Below, in pieces: positions 7,201 through 18,100 of a stretch of 64,000 nt of DNA. The position numbers and the translations under genes were made by a program. A model generated the notes under the pieces. The model worked only from the letters and a program-made list of their open reading frames with translations, was not told the origin of the DNA and did no database searches. Source of the stretch: a virus; IMG/VR virus record IMGVR_UViG_3300042516_004698, positions 11,371-75,370 of that record; one strand, 5' to 3'. Numbering within the stretch: the first letter of the stretch is position 1; each line of letters opens with the position of its first letter.

Positions 7201-10167
7201 ATGGCATACGTTAAACCGCAAGTTCTTGTTTTCCAAGAATTCACAATTGTACCGACAGAAATCACTGAGCCGCTGCGCGCCCACATCTCGGGCCCTCACG
7301 CTGTGCTCCATCGGTATAACAACTCGGACGAGAAGGCGCTGATGCGCGTCGGCGTGTATAACCCCGCGGTCGACACCGCCTACGCGTGGCCGCAGCGGCT
7401 TGCAGGCTCGCGTATCGATGCGGATTATGTCAAGCTCTACGCCGATGACGCGCTGCTCCGTTACTACGAAGACACAATTAGCGATTTGGCTACAACCACA
7501 CGGCCTGTCAAGCAAAAATCTAACTGGATCGAGTCTGTTGCTGGCAGCGGACCGAACGCTACAGCTATACATTACCGCGTAAACGGCGGCTTCAATCGCA
7601 GCGGCGTGTTCAAGGATCGTGACGTCAAGGTCGGCGACATCGTGTATCTGCGTTCTGTCGCCGACGATGTCAACTGCACCGAGACGACGCTGTGGACAAG
7701 TGTTGCTGGCTTTGCGAGCACCACGATCCCGTCAGAGATCGAAAACGCGACTGCCGACATCAATAACGCGGAATCAACTACTGCCGGTAGTTCTTCTGTC
7801 AAACTTGCCGGCGCGGTTAACCGAGTGCGAATTGCCTCCGTAAATGCCGCCGACTATAGCGGCGTGGAAGACGGCGCGATAACAGAGGTGTACACCGTCG
7901 AGGTTGTTACGAGCTCAATCAGCGGCTGTAACTCAGCTCGGCTGCGTGTGCGATCTGCCAGCAAACGTGACGATGTCGCGGAGGTGACGCCGGCAGCTTT
8001 CGGTAGCGAAACCGTCATCGGCACCCGCGGGCTGAAAGTTACGTTTGCGAACGCGGTTTTAGGCGCGCCGAATTCCAATACGTTCACCGCCGGCGTTGCG
8101 GTTGACACGTTTGTGATTGGTCAAAAATGGCAGATCACGGTGTCGCAAACTTTCGCTGAAGTAATCGCTATCTCAAACAACGAGAACAGCGTCGTCGCGG
8201 GCTCGTACACGGGCGACAAGAACGATACTTACATCATCGAATGCACCAAGGGCGGATACGTCGAAGAAGGTGGCACGAACTTCCCGCATATTGTTGTGCG
8301 CACAGCCAAGGGTTTGGACTTTTCCGGCCCGTTTGAGGTTGTGAATTCGGGTGTTTTGGCCGGTGACTTTTTCCCGATTGGTTCGCACGGTGTGGCGGTA
8401 GCGTTTGCTACGGTTAGCCCAAGCAGCTCAAGCTCCAGCAGCTCAAGCGCGGGCAGCTCTGGCACGAGCTTTGTGCCGGTTGCGTCAATGCGCAAGGGCG
8501 ACAAGTGGTACATCAAGGTCGTATCGAGCAAGGCTGGCCCGGTTAACCAACTGATTCTCCGCGACGACCTTCCAACAGCGATGCGAGCTGTTGTTACTAT
8601 GAACGGCTCCACCGAAGTTGTTACGTATCCGGCTCTGGATATCCGCTTGTTCATCAAGTCTGATATTGAGATCACAGAAAACCGGGTCGGGTTTGCTCCA
8701 CTCGTTAACTACACGAAGGAAGATACGCAGATCGTTGTGAAGGCTGGCGCCATAGCTTATCACCCGGAATGGACGCTGGCCGGTGTCGAGCAGCCTTTGC
8801 CTGTTACTGCCGGCACGCTTTATGTGCAATACCGCGAGTGGTTGAGCGAGCTGTGCGATGAGGTCAACTCTATCGCCTCTGTGGCCGATCTTGATCAAAT
8901 CCGCGGGCAGCTGGATCCTGATAACCCGTTAAAGTGGGGCGTGTACAAGGCGCTGTCAAACACGCTCGGCACTGTTGTTAAGTACACCGCTGTATGCGAA
9001 CCCGACGATCTCGACAGCTGGGTGCAGGTGCTCGAGCGCATCAAGGGTCGCGACGACCTTTATAACCTCGTTCCGCTCACGTTTGATACGCGCGTGCACA
9101 ATCTGTTCGCGGCGCACATCGGCGGCGAGTCGAACGAGATTCAGAACAACTGGAAGGCAGGTTTCTTCGGTATCCAAAGCCGCAACAGAAAAATGCTGGT
9201 GGGTGAAGGCGCGCCAATTGCTGGCGTGGCAGGCAACGAAATCGCGGAACCGGTACTTGCCACAATCAGCGACGACACCGCGGCGACTGGCGACCAGTAC
9301 ACGCTGCTGCAGGTGCCGAACGGTGTCGGTTACTTCATCACAAACGACGTGCAGCCCGGCGACCTTGTGCGGTATTCGTACACGGTAGACGGTTTCGGTG
9401 CGACCAAGTACTCCGAGTACGTCGTAGACGAGGTACTCTCAGAAAGCTCATTGCGGCTGTATTCCGGCACGGACACGGCTATTACAACGCCGCAACGTGT
9501 TGAGATTTGGCACAACATGAACCGGAACGAAATGGCTGATGATATCGCTGAGCGCGCAGGCGCTATGTCGAATCGTCGCGTGTGCGCCGTGTGGCCGGAT
9601 CAGGTTGGCTCGGCAGGTACGCTGCAGCCCGGTTACTTCCTCGCCGCCGCCCTTGCGGGGCTGGCGTCGAGCGTGGTGCCGCATCAGGGTCTGACCAACG
9701 TAGAAGTGGCCGGCTTTGACGACTACACAAGGTCATACAAGATGTTTAACGAAACGCAGCTCAATCGTATGGCCGCAGCGGGCGTCTGGATTGTCACCGA
9801 AGATCGCGATGGCACGCCGTATAATCGACACGCCCTCACGACCGACAACCTCGACCTTAATAGGCGTGAGGAGATGATTCGGCGCAACGTCGACTCAATC
9901 TCTTACCTGTTCCTGCGCCGCCTGCGTCCGTACATCGGCCGCACTAACGCGACGCCGTTAATGGTCACCTACCTGAGCAGCCGTGTATCCGAAGTAATTG
10001 ATTTCCTCAAAAATAACGGCTACACGCAAGAGCTCGGGTCGCAGTTAATCGACGGCTCAATCCGAGTATTGCGTATACACCCGCTGTTAAAAGATCGCAT
10101 TGAAATTGTGCTCGATTTAGTGGTGCCAGCGCCGCTGAACAACATTGAGCTGCACTTAGTGGTGTAA
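7201..10167 (+). CDS. Contractile tail sheath protein with large insertions
   Basis: N-terminus YVKPQVLVFQE; C-terminal sheath motifs PHQGLTN, RHALTT, LRPYIGRTN, DRIEIVLDLVVPAPLNNIELHLVV. Confidence 0.9.
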   Translation: MAYVKPQVLVFQEFTIVPTEITEPLRAHISGPHAVLHRYNNSDEKALMRVGVYNPAVDTAYAWPQRLAGSRIDADYVKLYADDALLRYYEDTISDLATTTRPVKQKSNWIESVAGSGPNATAIHYRVNGGFNRSGVFKDRDVKVGDIVYLRSVADDVNCTETTLWTSVAGFASTTIPSEIENATADINNAESTTAGSSSVKLAGAVNRVRIASVNAADYSGVEDGAITEVYTVEVVTSSISGCNSARLRVRSASKRDDVAEVTPAAFGSETVIGTRGLKVTFANAVLGAPNSNTFTAGVAVDTFVIGQKWQITVSQTFAEVIAISNNENSVVAGSYTGDKNDTYIIECTKGGYVEEGGTNFPHIVVRTAKGLDFSGPFEVVNSGVLAGDFFPIGSHGVAVAFATVSPSSSSSSSSSAGSSGTSFVPVASMRKGDKWYIKVVSSKAGPVNQLILRDDLPTAMRAVVTMNGSTEVVTYPALDIRLFIKSDIEITENRVGFAPLVNYTKEDTQIVVKAGAIAYHPEWTLAGVEQPLPVTAGTLYVQYREWLSELCDEVNSIASVADLDQIRGQLDPDNPLKWGVYKALSNTLGTVVKYTAVCEPDDLDSWVQVLERIKGRDDLYNLVPLTFDTRVHNLFAAHIGGESNEIQNNWKAGFFGIQSRNRKMLVGEGAPIAGVAGNEIAEPVLATISDDTAATGDQYTLLQVPNGVGYFITNDVQPGDLVRYSYTVDGFGATKYSEYVVDEVLSESSLRLYSGTDTAITTPQRVEIWHNMNRNEMADDIAERAGAMSNRRVCAVWPDQVGSAGTLQPGYFLAAALAGLASSVVPHQGLTNVEVAGFDDYTRSYKMFNETQLNRMAAAGVWIVTEDRDGTPYNRHALTTDNLDLNRREEMIRRNVDSISYLFLRRLRPYIGRTNATPLMVTYLSSRVSEVIDFLKNNGYTQELGSQLIDGSIRVLRIHPLLKDRIEIVLDLVVPAPLNNIELHLVV

Positions 10168-10187
10168 ATTTAAAACGGAGTTAACAC

Positions 10188-10715
10188 ATGGCAAAAGCAA
10201 GAGCAAACATTTTCGAGAACACAGACCAGACAATCGGCGGCGCTTTTACCGCCGAGAACTGCTCGCTGCAACTCGGTGACGCGCCATCAACAGGCGCGGT
10301 GGTGCAGCGTGTGAATTTCACCATCAACAGGCCTATTAACTTCATTTACGAGCTGGGCACAAAAGGCGCGCCGCAGAACGTTTATTACGTAGGCGGCCGT
10401 CGACAGGGGCAGGCGCAGTTTGAGCGTATTGTGGGCGGTTCGAACGCTTTCAAGACGTTTGTTGATGACTACGGCCCGTTGTGCGAAAAGCCCGGTAAGA
10501 ACATCATACTGACGGCTCACGGCGGTTGCGCGATTACGGCGCGGGGCGCGGCGGGGGCAGCGCTTAACGCAGATGGCGGCGTGACGTATACGTTAAAAAC
10601 ACCGAAGATCACCACGCTTGGTGTTAGCGTATCTGCGCAAGATATTGTGATTATGGAAAATGTCGGTATGGTGTTTTTGGATCTGCTCTACGAAGTAGCC
10701 AAAGCCGGCGCATAA
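10188..10715 (+). CDS. Tail tube protein
   Basis: 175 aa directly after the sheath; RPINFIYELG...YYVGGR and IVIMENV tube-like motifs. Confidence 0.8.
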   Translation: MAKARANIFENTDQTIGGAFTAENCSLQLGDAPSTGAVVQRVNFTINRPINFIYELGTKGAPQNVYYVGGRRQGQAQFERIVGGSNAFKTFVDDYGPLCEKPGKNIILTAHGGCAITARGAAGAALNADGGVTYTLKTPKITTLGVSVSAQDIVIMENVGMVFLDLLYEVAKAGA

Positions 10716-10738
10716 GTTGATAATTACGTACTACCAAT

Positions 10739-10773
10739 TAAGCAGCGGTTGCGCAAAACGCAGCCGCTGCTTA
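10739..10773 (+). terminator. Hairpin after the tube gene (terminator or processing/stability stem)
   Basis: TAAGCAGCGGTTGCG-CAAAA-CGCAGCCGCTGCTTA, 15 bp with one U-G pair; weak U tail. Confidence 0.55.
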
Positions 10774-10834
10774 TGGTATTGGGTGGCAACACCCGGGGCT
10801 TTATGCCCATAACCTCACCGATTGGTGGACATAA

Positions 10835-13729
10835 ATGGGCGCAGAAAATAGCGGCCACAGTGTAAATCTGCAGCCATCTAAAACGCTGTCAGCGCTTGTC
10901 GACCCGACAGCCGACGTGCGTAGGCTGGAAGCTCGCGTTGACGCGCCCACAGCCACAAATGCGCACACGGCCAATTTAACGCCGACAGCAGACCCGCGCA
11001 TCCGCGGTCCGGCATACGCTACCAGCCTAAATAACGGCGGTAATATCTGCGTCGGCGAGATTATAGACTGCGCAGTTGTAGCGAATTGTTACCGTGTAAA
11101 TGTCGAGCGGTTAAAAACGCCTATGATGGCGGCCGCTTTATCGGCGACAAGTCAGTCTCCGATTGGCGCCACGGACATCAGTACATTCACGCCCGGCACG
11201 AGCGTATTGCTGTATGTTCACAATGATTTGCCGCACGCGCTTATTCTAGGCGCAGTGCCGCCCGTCGCTATACGCGGCAAGGAGTCTATTCACGATTTTA
11301 TCCATCAGGCTTCTCGCAACCGGGTCGACGACGCGCATAAGCAGTATTTAAAGTTCGCTGATGGCGGCGGTGTGGTTAACTGGAGCACATGGCGACCGTT
11401 TGACAGCACGAATGCGGGCGAATGGGGCGCAATAACCACCACTGGCCTGAAAATCACGCTAGACGATTTCATGGTGCAGATGGCTGTAAACGAATTTACC
11501 GGCGTATTCGGCTTTTATCACGATCAGCTATTACGTATCGGCGGCTACAACCTGCAGACATGGACGGCAGGGCACGAGCGCGACGCCTACATGGATCAGG
11601 CGGAATATAACGACACGCAGGGCTACTCGCCGTATCCGTGGGAAGCTATAGGCTCGCTAGAGCCGGGTCAGGATACAATCCAGACCTACGACGCAAACGC
11701 GGTTATGATGGCCAAGGGCAGGCCGTATTACGGAAGCTGGGAAAACAAATACGAAAACCAGCAACCATTTCACAGAACGCAAAACTTTTACGGTTACTAC
11801 GGACAAGGCCGTCGAACCGTAGTATGCGCACCGCCGACAGGCCAAACGTGGTGGACTTATAAGTTCACAGGCAGCGGAGATGCGCCCGATCCGTACGAGT
11901 CCACCGCGCAGAGTAAACTGTCCGGCACACGTACCGCGTCGAAGGGTAGCGCTAAGCCGACGCAAGACGACGAACAACCGCCAATCGGTTTATCAGAAGA
12001 CAACACCGGACTGGACGGCCGACGGTTTATCGCGTCGGCAAAAGGTATTACGCTAACTAAGCGATTATTGCTACCTGTACCTGCGCGCATTCGCCGACCG
12101 GAAGACGGTAATGGAGATACGCAAGATAACTATAAGTTTGCCGGCAAATACGGCGGCGGGGGCGAGCACACAATCACGGGCGATCTGGAAGCCACCGATA
12201 AGCATCCGCATTTGCAACGAGCCGCTGGTGTGTTAGACCTGCATGGTTACTTATTTAACTACGCCGGCCTGCACCCGTTTCACTGGCACGCAAAAGACTA
12301 CAAGACATGGGAGCAGAGCGAGCTTGAGCACGCGCAGTATAACCACGTGGTGCCGAACTACAGCTCGCTCAAGGGTTCGATGTACTTACAAGAACCCGGG
12401 CACCAATCGATCAAAATTGACCACCGCTACAACACGCAAAACTTCTATCCCAGCGAATCGTTTATTTCGCTGCTCGAGGACGGTGGCATAGTTATTGGCG
12501 ACGGCTATGGCGCTGAAATACGTATGACAGCCGGTTGCGTCACTATCTCAGCCCCCGGCGACGTCTGGCTCAAACCCGGCCGTAACGCGCAAGTCTGGGC
12601 CGGCCGTGACTGCATTGTCCGCGCGGATAAGACAATCGATATGTCCGCGACTGAAGAGAACGTGCGCATAAAGGCCGAAAAGAACGTCATGATTTTCGCC
12701 GGCAACGAGGAGTCAAAAGAGCTCGGCGGGGTACTGATTGAAAGCCGCGCGCAAGCGCCTATCTATAACTTTGACACACCGGGCGATGGCGTCGTATTTG
12801 GCGGGATCGTACTGAAAGCCAAAAAGGCTGAGATCGTCGGGCTGTCGAAGAACATCTACCTGCGCACTGTTGGCGGCAAAGAGGGTTTGGACGACGTGCC
12901 GGTTGGTAATATCATGATCGACGCCAACCGCGGTGAGGGCGCGATTATGACGCGAGCAAAAAATATCTATCACTATATCGAAGACATCAAGGGCAAGATT
13001 TTTCACGCGTTCCGAGATGATCCGCCATCAAAAGTTAAAGTTGTGAGCGCATTCGGGAAAAATAACACTTACTTAAACGGTCCTCTTTATACCGACGGCC
13101 CGATTGTCGCAGACGGTCAGACCTCTGCCTTTTCGTTCATGGCGCGTAATAACATCTTCATTAACAAGGGCCACATCTTCACGAAAAACGGCGGGCCGGC
13201 TTTACCGTGTCCGGAAGGTAGCGAGTGCGGCGACGATGTGAACTCTATTGTTGAAGCCGTTAAAGACATGATAAATAAAGAACTACCAAAAACGCTGCAG
13301 CAGATATACGACGAAAAATATGTGCCGCTGTTGTACGAAGAGCGCAAGCCCGGCGAAAAGAAAACAATGCGGGATATCGAATTCAGTTTTCGCAGAGACG
13401 AGGATTACCGCGTAGACGAGTTTGAACTGTTTGAAGACCGCTGGCAGCAGATGGCGCGTCTTGCCGGGCAGGAAATGGATAAGTGGGAGGAAAAACCAGT
13501 CAAGGTTGCGTCAGGCACAGAAACTTGGCCGTTCCCGGGTAAAGCAAAACTTGTAGACGAGCAAGTATTTGTCACGCAAGACTTCACGATTGTCGAGGCG
13601 AGCGGCGGCAACTTTCGCGACAAGGACCGTGGCTCTGGCGGTAGCAGTCTTGCCGGTCCGTACAAAGAACCGAAGCTAGGCGAACCGAAGCGAGAAACGA
13701 TTAAGGATAAGTACCTCATCATCAAATAG
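10835..13729 (+). CDS. Central baseplate spike protein (gp5/gpV/VgrG-like)
   Basis: N-terminal OB-fold-like segment; beta-helix-like repeats (FISLLEDGGIVIGDGYGAEIRMTAGCVTISAPGDVWLKPGRN...VRIKAEKNVMI). Confidence 0.7.
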   Translation: MGAENSGHSVNLQPSKTLSALVDPTADVRRLEARVDAPTATNAHTANLTPTADPRIRGPAYATSLNNGGNICVGEIIDCAVVANCYRVNVERLKTPMMAAALSATSQSPIGATDISTFTPGTSVLLYVHNDLPHALILGAVPPVAIRGKESIHDFIHQASRNRVDDAHKQYLKFADGGGVVNWSTWRPFDSTNAGEWGAITTTGLKITLDDFMVQMAVNEFTGVFGFYHDQLLRIGGYNLQTWTAGHERDAYMDQAEYNDTQGYSPYPWEAIGSLEPGQDTIQTYDANAVMMAKGRPYYGSWENKYENQQPFHRTQNFYGYYGQGRRTVVCAPPTGQTWWTYKFTGSGDAPDPYESTAQSKLSGTRTASKGSAKPTQDDEQPPIGLSEDNTGLDGRRFIASAKGITLTKRLLLPVPARIRRPEDGNGDTQDNYKFAGKYGGGGEHTITGDLEATDKHPHLQRAAGVLDLHGYLFNYAGLHPFHWHAKDYKTWEQSELEHAQYNHVVPNYSSLKGSMYLQEPGHQSIKIDHRYNTQNFYPSESFISLLEDGGIVIGDGYGAEIRMTAGCVTISAPGDVWLKPGRNAQVWAGRDCIVRADKTIDMSATEENVRIKAEKNVMIFAGNEESKELGGVLIESRAQAPIYNFDTPGDGVVFGGIVLKAKKAEIVGLSKNIYLRTVGGKEGLDDVPVGNIMIDANRGEGAIMTRAKNIYHYIEDIKGKIFHAFRDDPPSKVKVVSAFGKNNTYLNGPLYTDGPIVADGQTSAFSFMARNNIFINKGHIFTKNGGPALPCPEGSECGDDVNSIVEAVKDMINKELPKTLQQIYDEKYVPLLYEERKPGEKKTMRDIEFSFRRDEDYRVDEFELFEDRWQQMARLAGQEMDKWEEKPVKVASGTETWPFPGKAKLVDEQVFVTQDFTIVEASGGNFRDKDRGSGGSSLAGPYKEPKLGEPKRETIKDKYLIIK

Positions 13730-13737
13730 GAACCTAT

Positions 13738-14784
13738 ATGAGCAAGGACGGCTCGGGGCAGTACGTTTCGGAATTTACAAAAAAGACTCTGCTGCAATTT
13801 GACTGGCAGCCCGGCGAACCGCTGCCTGTAAATCTTGGTGACGTATTGGCTGAGATTAAAGAACGCACGCCGCCCAGCCAAGTGCCGGGTTTATTCGTCG
13901 ACATCGCTAATATGACGGCTGAAGACATTGCACTAGTTAAAACTACGCTGGCCGACGCGAAGACAGAAATCGAAAACGAGAAGCGGCAGCAAGAGCTTGA
14001 CCGTAAAACTGCTGGGCTCGGCGAGAGCGCGCGGCAGTTATATGCGAAACTGACTGCACCGGACACGCCCGCCGCCACGCAGATTATCGATGACCGAAAA
14101 ACAGTTCCGCAGCTTCCTGCGACGCCCGAACCGCCCCCAGCTGCGTCAGAATCAACGCCAGAGCCGGTAAAAGAAGAAGAACCGGAAATAAACCTGAAGG
14201 ATCCGCTGACAGAACCACCGGAACCGCTAGTAGAAAAAAAAGATGTTCCACCGCCGTTCTGTCCCCGCTGCAGCTGGGACATGCGCCGCGAGTTCGACGT
14301 CGAAGTCACGGACGCGGATAAAGAAGCGTTTATAGCCGTCACTCTCGGGAACGAGCGGTTTAAGAAAACATTTGAGCTGATGGGCGGCAAATACAAAGTG
14401 CAGTTTCGCAGCTTGCTGGCCGAAGAAAACACGATCATTCACCACCAGCTGCTTATCGATCAGCGCGACAATCACTTTTTAAGCGACACTGAGTGGTTCC
14501 TGCGCATGTTTGAGTACCGGCTCGCCTGCGCTATGGCAGATGTCACCGTAGACGGACGGCTAGTAGCGGCTATTCCCGAGCTCGAGACTGTTTCTGATAA
14601 AACAGAACTGCCGAATAAAGGCGACGACCCGAAAAAGCCCGCTGTTGTCAGATTGCGTGAATATGCGCTTGTCGGCGTGCTCCGCAACGAGGTCACGCGG
14701 CGGCTGGTCGGAAACCAATTCCGCATGTTCCAGCGGTTTTGCGAAACACTGGAGGCGATGGCGGTAGAGCCAAATTTTTGGTGA
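13738..14784 (+). CDS. Tail assembly chaperone (gpG-like)
   Basis: Upstream of the tape measure; ends at a slippery heptamer. Confidence 0.7.
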   Translation: MSKDGSGQYVSEFTKKTLLQFDWQPGEPLPVNLGDVLAEIKERTPPSQVPGLFVDIANMTAEDIALVKTTLADAKTEIENEKRQQELDRKTAGLGESARQLYAKLTAPDTPAATQIIDDRKTVPQLPATPEPPPAASESTPEPVKEEEPEINLKDPLTEPPEPLVEKKDVPPPFCPRCSWDMRREFDVEVTDADKEAFIAVTLGNERFKKTFELMGGKYKVQFRSLLAEENTIIHHQLLIDQRDNHFLSDTEWFLRMFEYRLACAMADVTVDGRLVAAIPELETVSDKTELPNKGDDPKKPAVVRLREYALVGVLRNEVTRRLVGNQFRMFQRFCETLEAMAVEPNFW

Positions 14785-14822
14785 GGGATCGTGCGGCGGC
14801 GTTTATGGTGCGCGCCGCCGCA
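14772..14822 (+). promoter_or_regulatory. Programmed -1 ribosomal frameshift signal
   Basis: A-AAT-TTT (X XXY YYZ) in frame just before TGG TGA; 10-bp stem TGCGGCGGCG/CGCCGCCGCA at 14792-14822. Confidence 0.8.
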
Positions 14823-15197
14823 ACGGGAGCGTTTAATTACGCGAACGCCGATCCCTATGACAGCCAGTGGCGCCTGCGGCACTTATTGGTCATACGTGAG
14901 GTAACACGGCAGGCAAACGAAAGCCTGTTAACGGCCGCGCATAATTACTGGTGCGCGTACGTATCCCACAGCAATTTGGACGCTGACAGCTGGGCAAACG
15001 CCAAAGAACACGCGGCAGATACGCTAACTGATATCCAGAGCAACCTTTTCCCGTGGATTAAGACCGAGGAAAACAAATCCAAAAAAGATACAATAGACGC
15101 TAAATACGGCGATTTAATTGCCAGCTATCGCCGGCTGGTAGCAAGCAAGGCCGCCAAGGCAGCAGAGCAACCACCAAAACCACCCGGAAACGAATAA
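14772..15197 (+). CDS. Tail assembly chaperone extension (gpT-like, expressed as a GT fusion)
   Basis: Open in the -1 frame across the slippery site; ends 1 nt before the tape measure start. Confidence 0.75.
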   Translation, partial: KFLVRDRAAAFMVRAAATGAFNYANADPYDSQWRLRHLLVIREVTRQANESLLTAAHNYWCAYVSHSNLDADSWANAKEHAADTLTDIQSNLFPWIKTEENKSKKDTIDAKYGDLIASYRRLVASKAAKAAEQPPKPPGNE

Positions 15198-15198
15198 C

Positions 15199-18100
15199 AT
15201 GAGTCAATTCGGCATTCCGGGGTACGCGACGCAGCCTCAAATATCAGGCATGCCGGGCCCGAACTACGCGCCGTTCGGCCAGATGGGCAATCCGGGCCTC
15301 GACATGATGCTGTCGACCTTCGCCGCGCCGATGCTGCAGACGTTTATGGGCGGAAAATTCCTCCCGCAGCAGTTTCCGGCGCAGGGGCTTTTAGACCAAA
15401 TGGTATCGGCCAAATGGCAGCAGGCGTCCCGGGCGAATTTAGGGCAAGCGCAATCTGTAGACCAGCAGGCGATTTACCGCAAGATGGTCGGCATGCGCAG
15501 CCAGTTCACCGACAAGCCGATGACGGAGCTACAAGAATCGCATTTAAACACGTTTGCTAGCGTTGTGAGTAATCCAGCCGCGATGGGCATGTTTGAGATG
15601 GCCCTCGGCGCCCAGAACACCGAAGACCTGTTTTTCGGGCGGCGCGGCAGCGCTACACGGCTTGCCAGCGCCGTGAACCGCATCGGTTTTTCACGGTCGG
15701 ACTCTATAACCGGCAAAGACCGTATGAGCGAGGATTCTCTTAAGGCGTTCTCGTCAGATATTTACAGTAATTTGTACGGCCCTGACGCTGATCTGAATGA
15801 CGTCTCAGGGTTCTCTGCAGGCCGCGTAGGCGACATTATGACGGACTTGGCGCAGCGCAAGCTGCTGCCAGCCAGTATGAGCAAATTAACCGCCAGAGAG
15901 CGTCGTACGGCGTTTCAGGAGGCCGGCGGGGCTAGTATGACGTTTTCAGAAAACGCGGCGGACGATCAGGCTATTAAAAACGCCATGGGCCGCGGCGAGA
16001 GCATTGAAAACATAACAAAACTAACCGGCGGGGCAGAAGCAGTACGAAAAGTAGACGCTACACGCGTGTCTAATTCAATTAAGGGCTACACAGACGCGCT
16101 TGGCGCCGTACGCGAGATATTTGGCGACAACGGTATGACAAACGCTCCAATGCAGCAGCTTTTAGCCGCCATGGAAGGTCTGACGCAAAATTCAATGTCG
16201 TCGATGTCGCCGGGGAAGATTGAAAACGTAATGCGGCGCACGCAAATGGCTTCCCGTGACGCAGGCGTGAGTTTAGAGGCGCTGATGGGCCTGTCTGCGC
16301 GTGGCGGGGCCTTGGCGCAGCAATACGGCTTAGCTCCCGAGCTGGCCAGCGGCAGCGTTATAACTGCGATGGAGCAAAGCAAGGCCATGGAAGATACAGG
16401 GCGCTTCACGCCAGCGTTCGGCCGGATGGATCCCAATAAAGCAGCGTTGACTGTTTTAGATCAGTCAATGCGCGCTGACGCCTCGCCGGTCGGCAGGTAT
16501 CTCGCGGTGGCCAGCCGGCTAATGGCCGAAAGCGGCGGCAAAGGTAAGTTCGCGGGCAGTAACATGGCCAAAATGGTCGAGGCTATGCAACGCGGTGAAA
16601 CTTCGTATTACGACGAAACAGAAAAACGCAGCGTTAACATATACGAAGAGTTCGGCCGCGATCCAGATAAAATTATGCGCCGTATGCTGCAAGAAACCGG
16701 GACGTCGGTCGATAGGTTTGGCGCGCTTTACCGCGATAAGAATACGCAAGAGTTTCAGATTGCTGGCGCAGCACGTAGCGCGCAAGCAGAAGGGCTTAAG
16801 TCAAAGCTCGGCGGTTATCTTGCGAGTCAAACAGGCATTGCGGAGCGTATCGGCGGCGGCTTAGACGAGGCGCAACGTGGCGCGCTTAGTCAGCAGATTG
16901 GCAAAGGATTGTCTACAGCGCTTATCGACGACGTTAATCACACAATGGACCCGCAAGAGCGTTTAGCGGTATTAAAAAACGCGTTCAACCAGTCAGCCAT
17001 TAATTACGCCCGCCAGCACCTCGGCGAAGGGGCGAGCGCCGACGAAGTAATGGCGTACGCGCAGACAATATCGAAAACCGGTAAAGACAATATCATGGGC
17101 TTCAAGACCGACGAGGATCTTGAAGAGTTTTTATCGACGCGGCAAGCAAACGCGGGCACATTCACAGACCGCAAATACGGGCAAAATATAGAAGCAATGC
17201 GGCAAACGTATAACGCGCGGACACTTGCGGAAGGACAGAATCGCACCCGGCGAAATATTAATCGAGCGGGCATGAGCGACAGGATGCGGCTCGATGACGG
17301 CAGTAATTTATTTCAGCGCTTTTCCGACATGCTTGGCGGTAAAGGCAGCGGCACGGCATTAGAGCAGGTACTCGGCGCTATCGACTCTAAAGACATGCAA
17401 GCCAAATTAATGGAAGGCGTCACAGGCGGTAAAGCCGGGCTCGAGGCGGCGTTTGATGACATCAAGACTGCGTACTCTGCCGGCACAGTCGACACCGAAA
17501 AAGAGAAAAATGATCTTATCGCGTCTACGACGAACAGCAACTTCAGCAAAGTTGCTGAACAGTTCACGGGAACAGACGCCGAGAAGGAATTTAAAAACAA
17601 AACACGTTACATGAAAGACGCGGAGGTCGCAAAGGCGCTGGATAAAGCGACTAATACCAACAATATTAAAGACGTTGTAGCTATTTACAAACGCTACAAC
17701 CAAGATCTTTCGCAAGCAGAAGCCGAGGCTATATTCGCAGATCCGGCAAAACGACAACAAGCAATGGCGCAGCTGTCGCAGATTGACGGCATACAAGCTG
17801 AGTTTGAGAAGCGGGGAATCAAAACAGAGATCGGCGCGGACGTAATGACGCAAGCGCAGCTCACCAGAATAACTAAAAATACAGACGCATTCGGTAAGGA
17901 CGTGGATAGGAACCGTGTTACTGGGCTTATGAAGCTTGCGGAAGGGTGGGACAAGGGTGACGCGAAAGGCAAGAACGTACTCGCTGCCTATGGCGTGACA
18001 AAAGACGACGCCGCGCTTACCAAAGCCATGGACGCGTTCATGGATAAATCTGGCAATATCGACGCGGTGTCTGCGCGCTTAAAACAGCTCGGAATAGACG

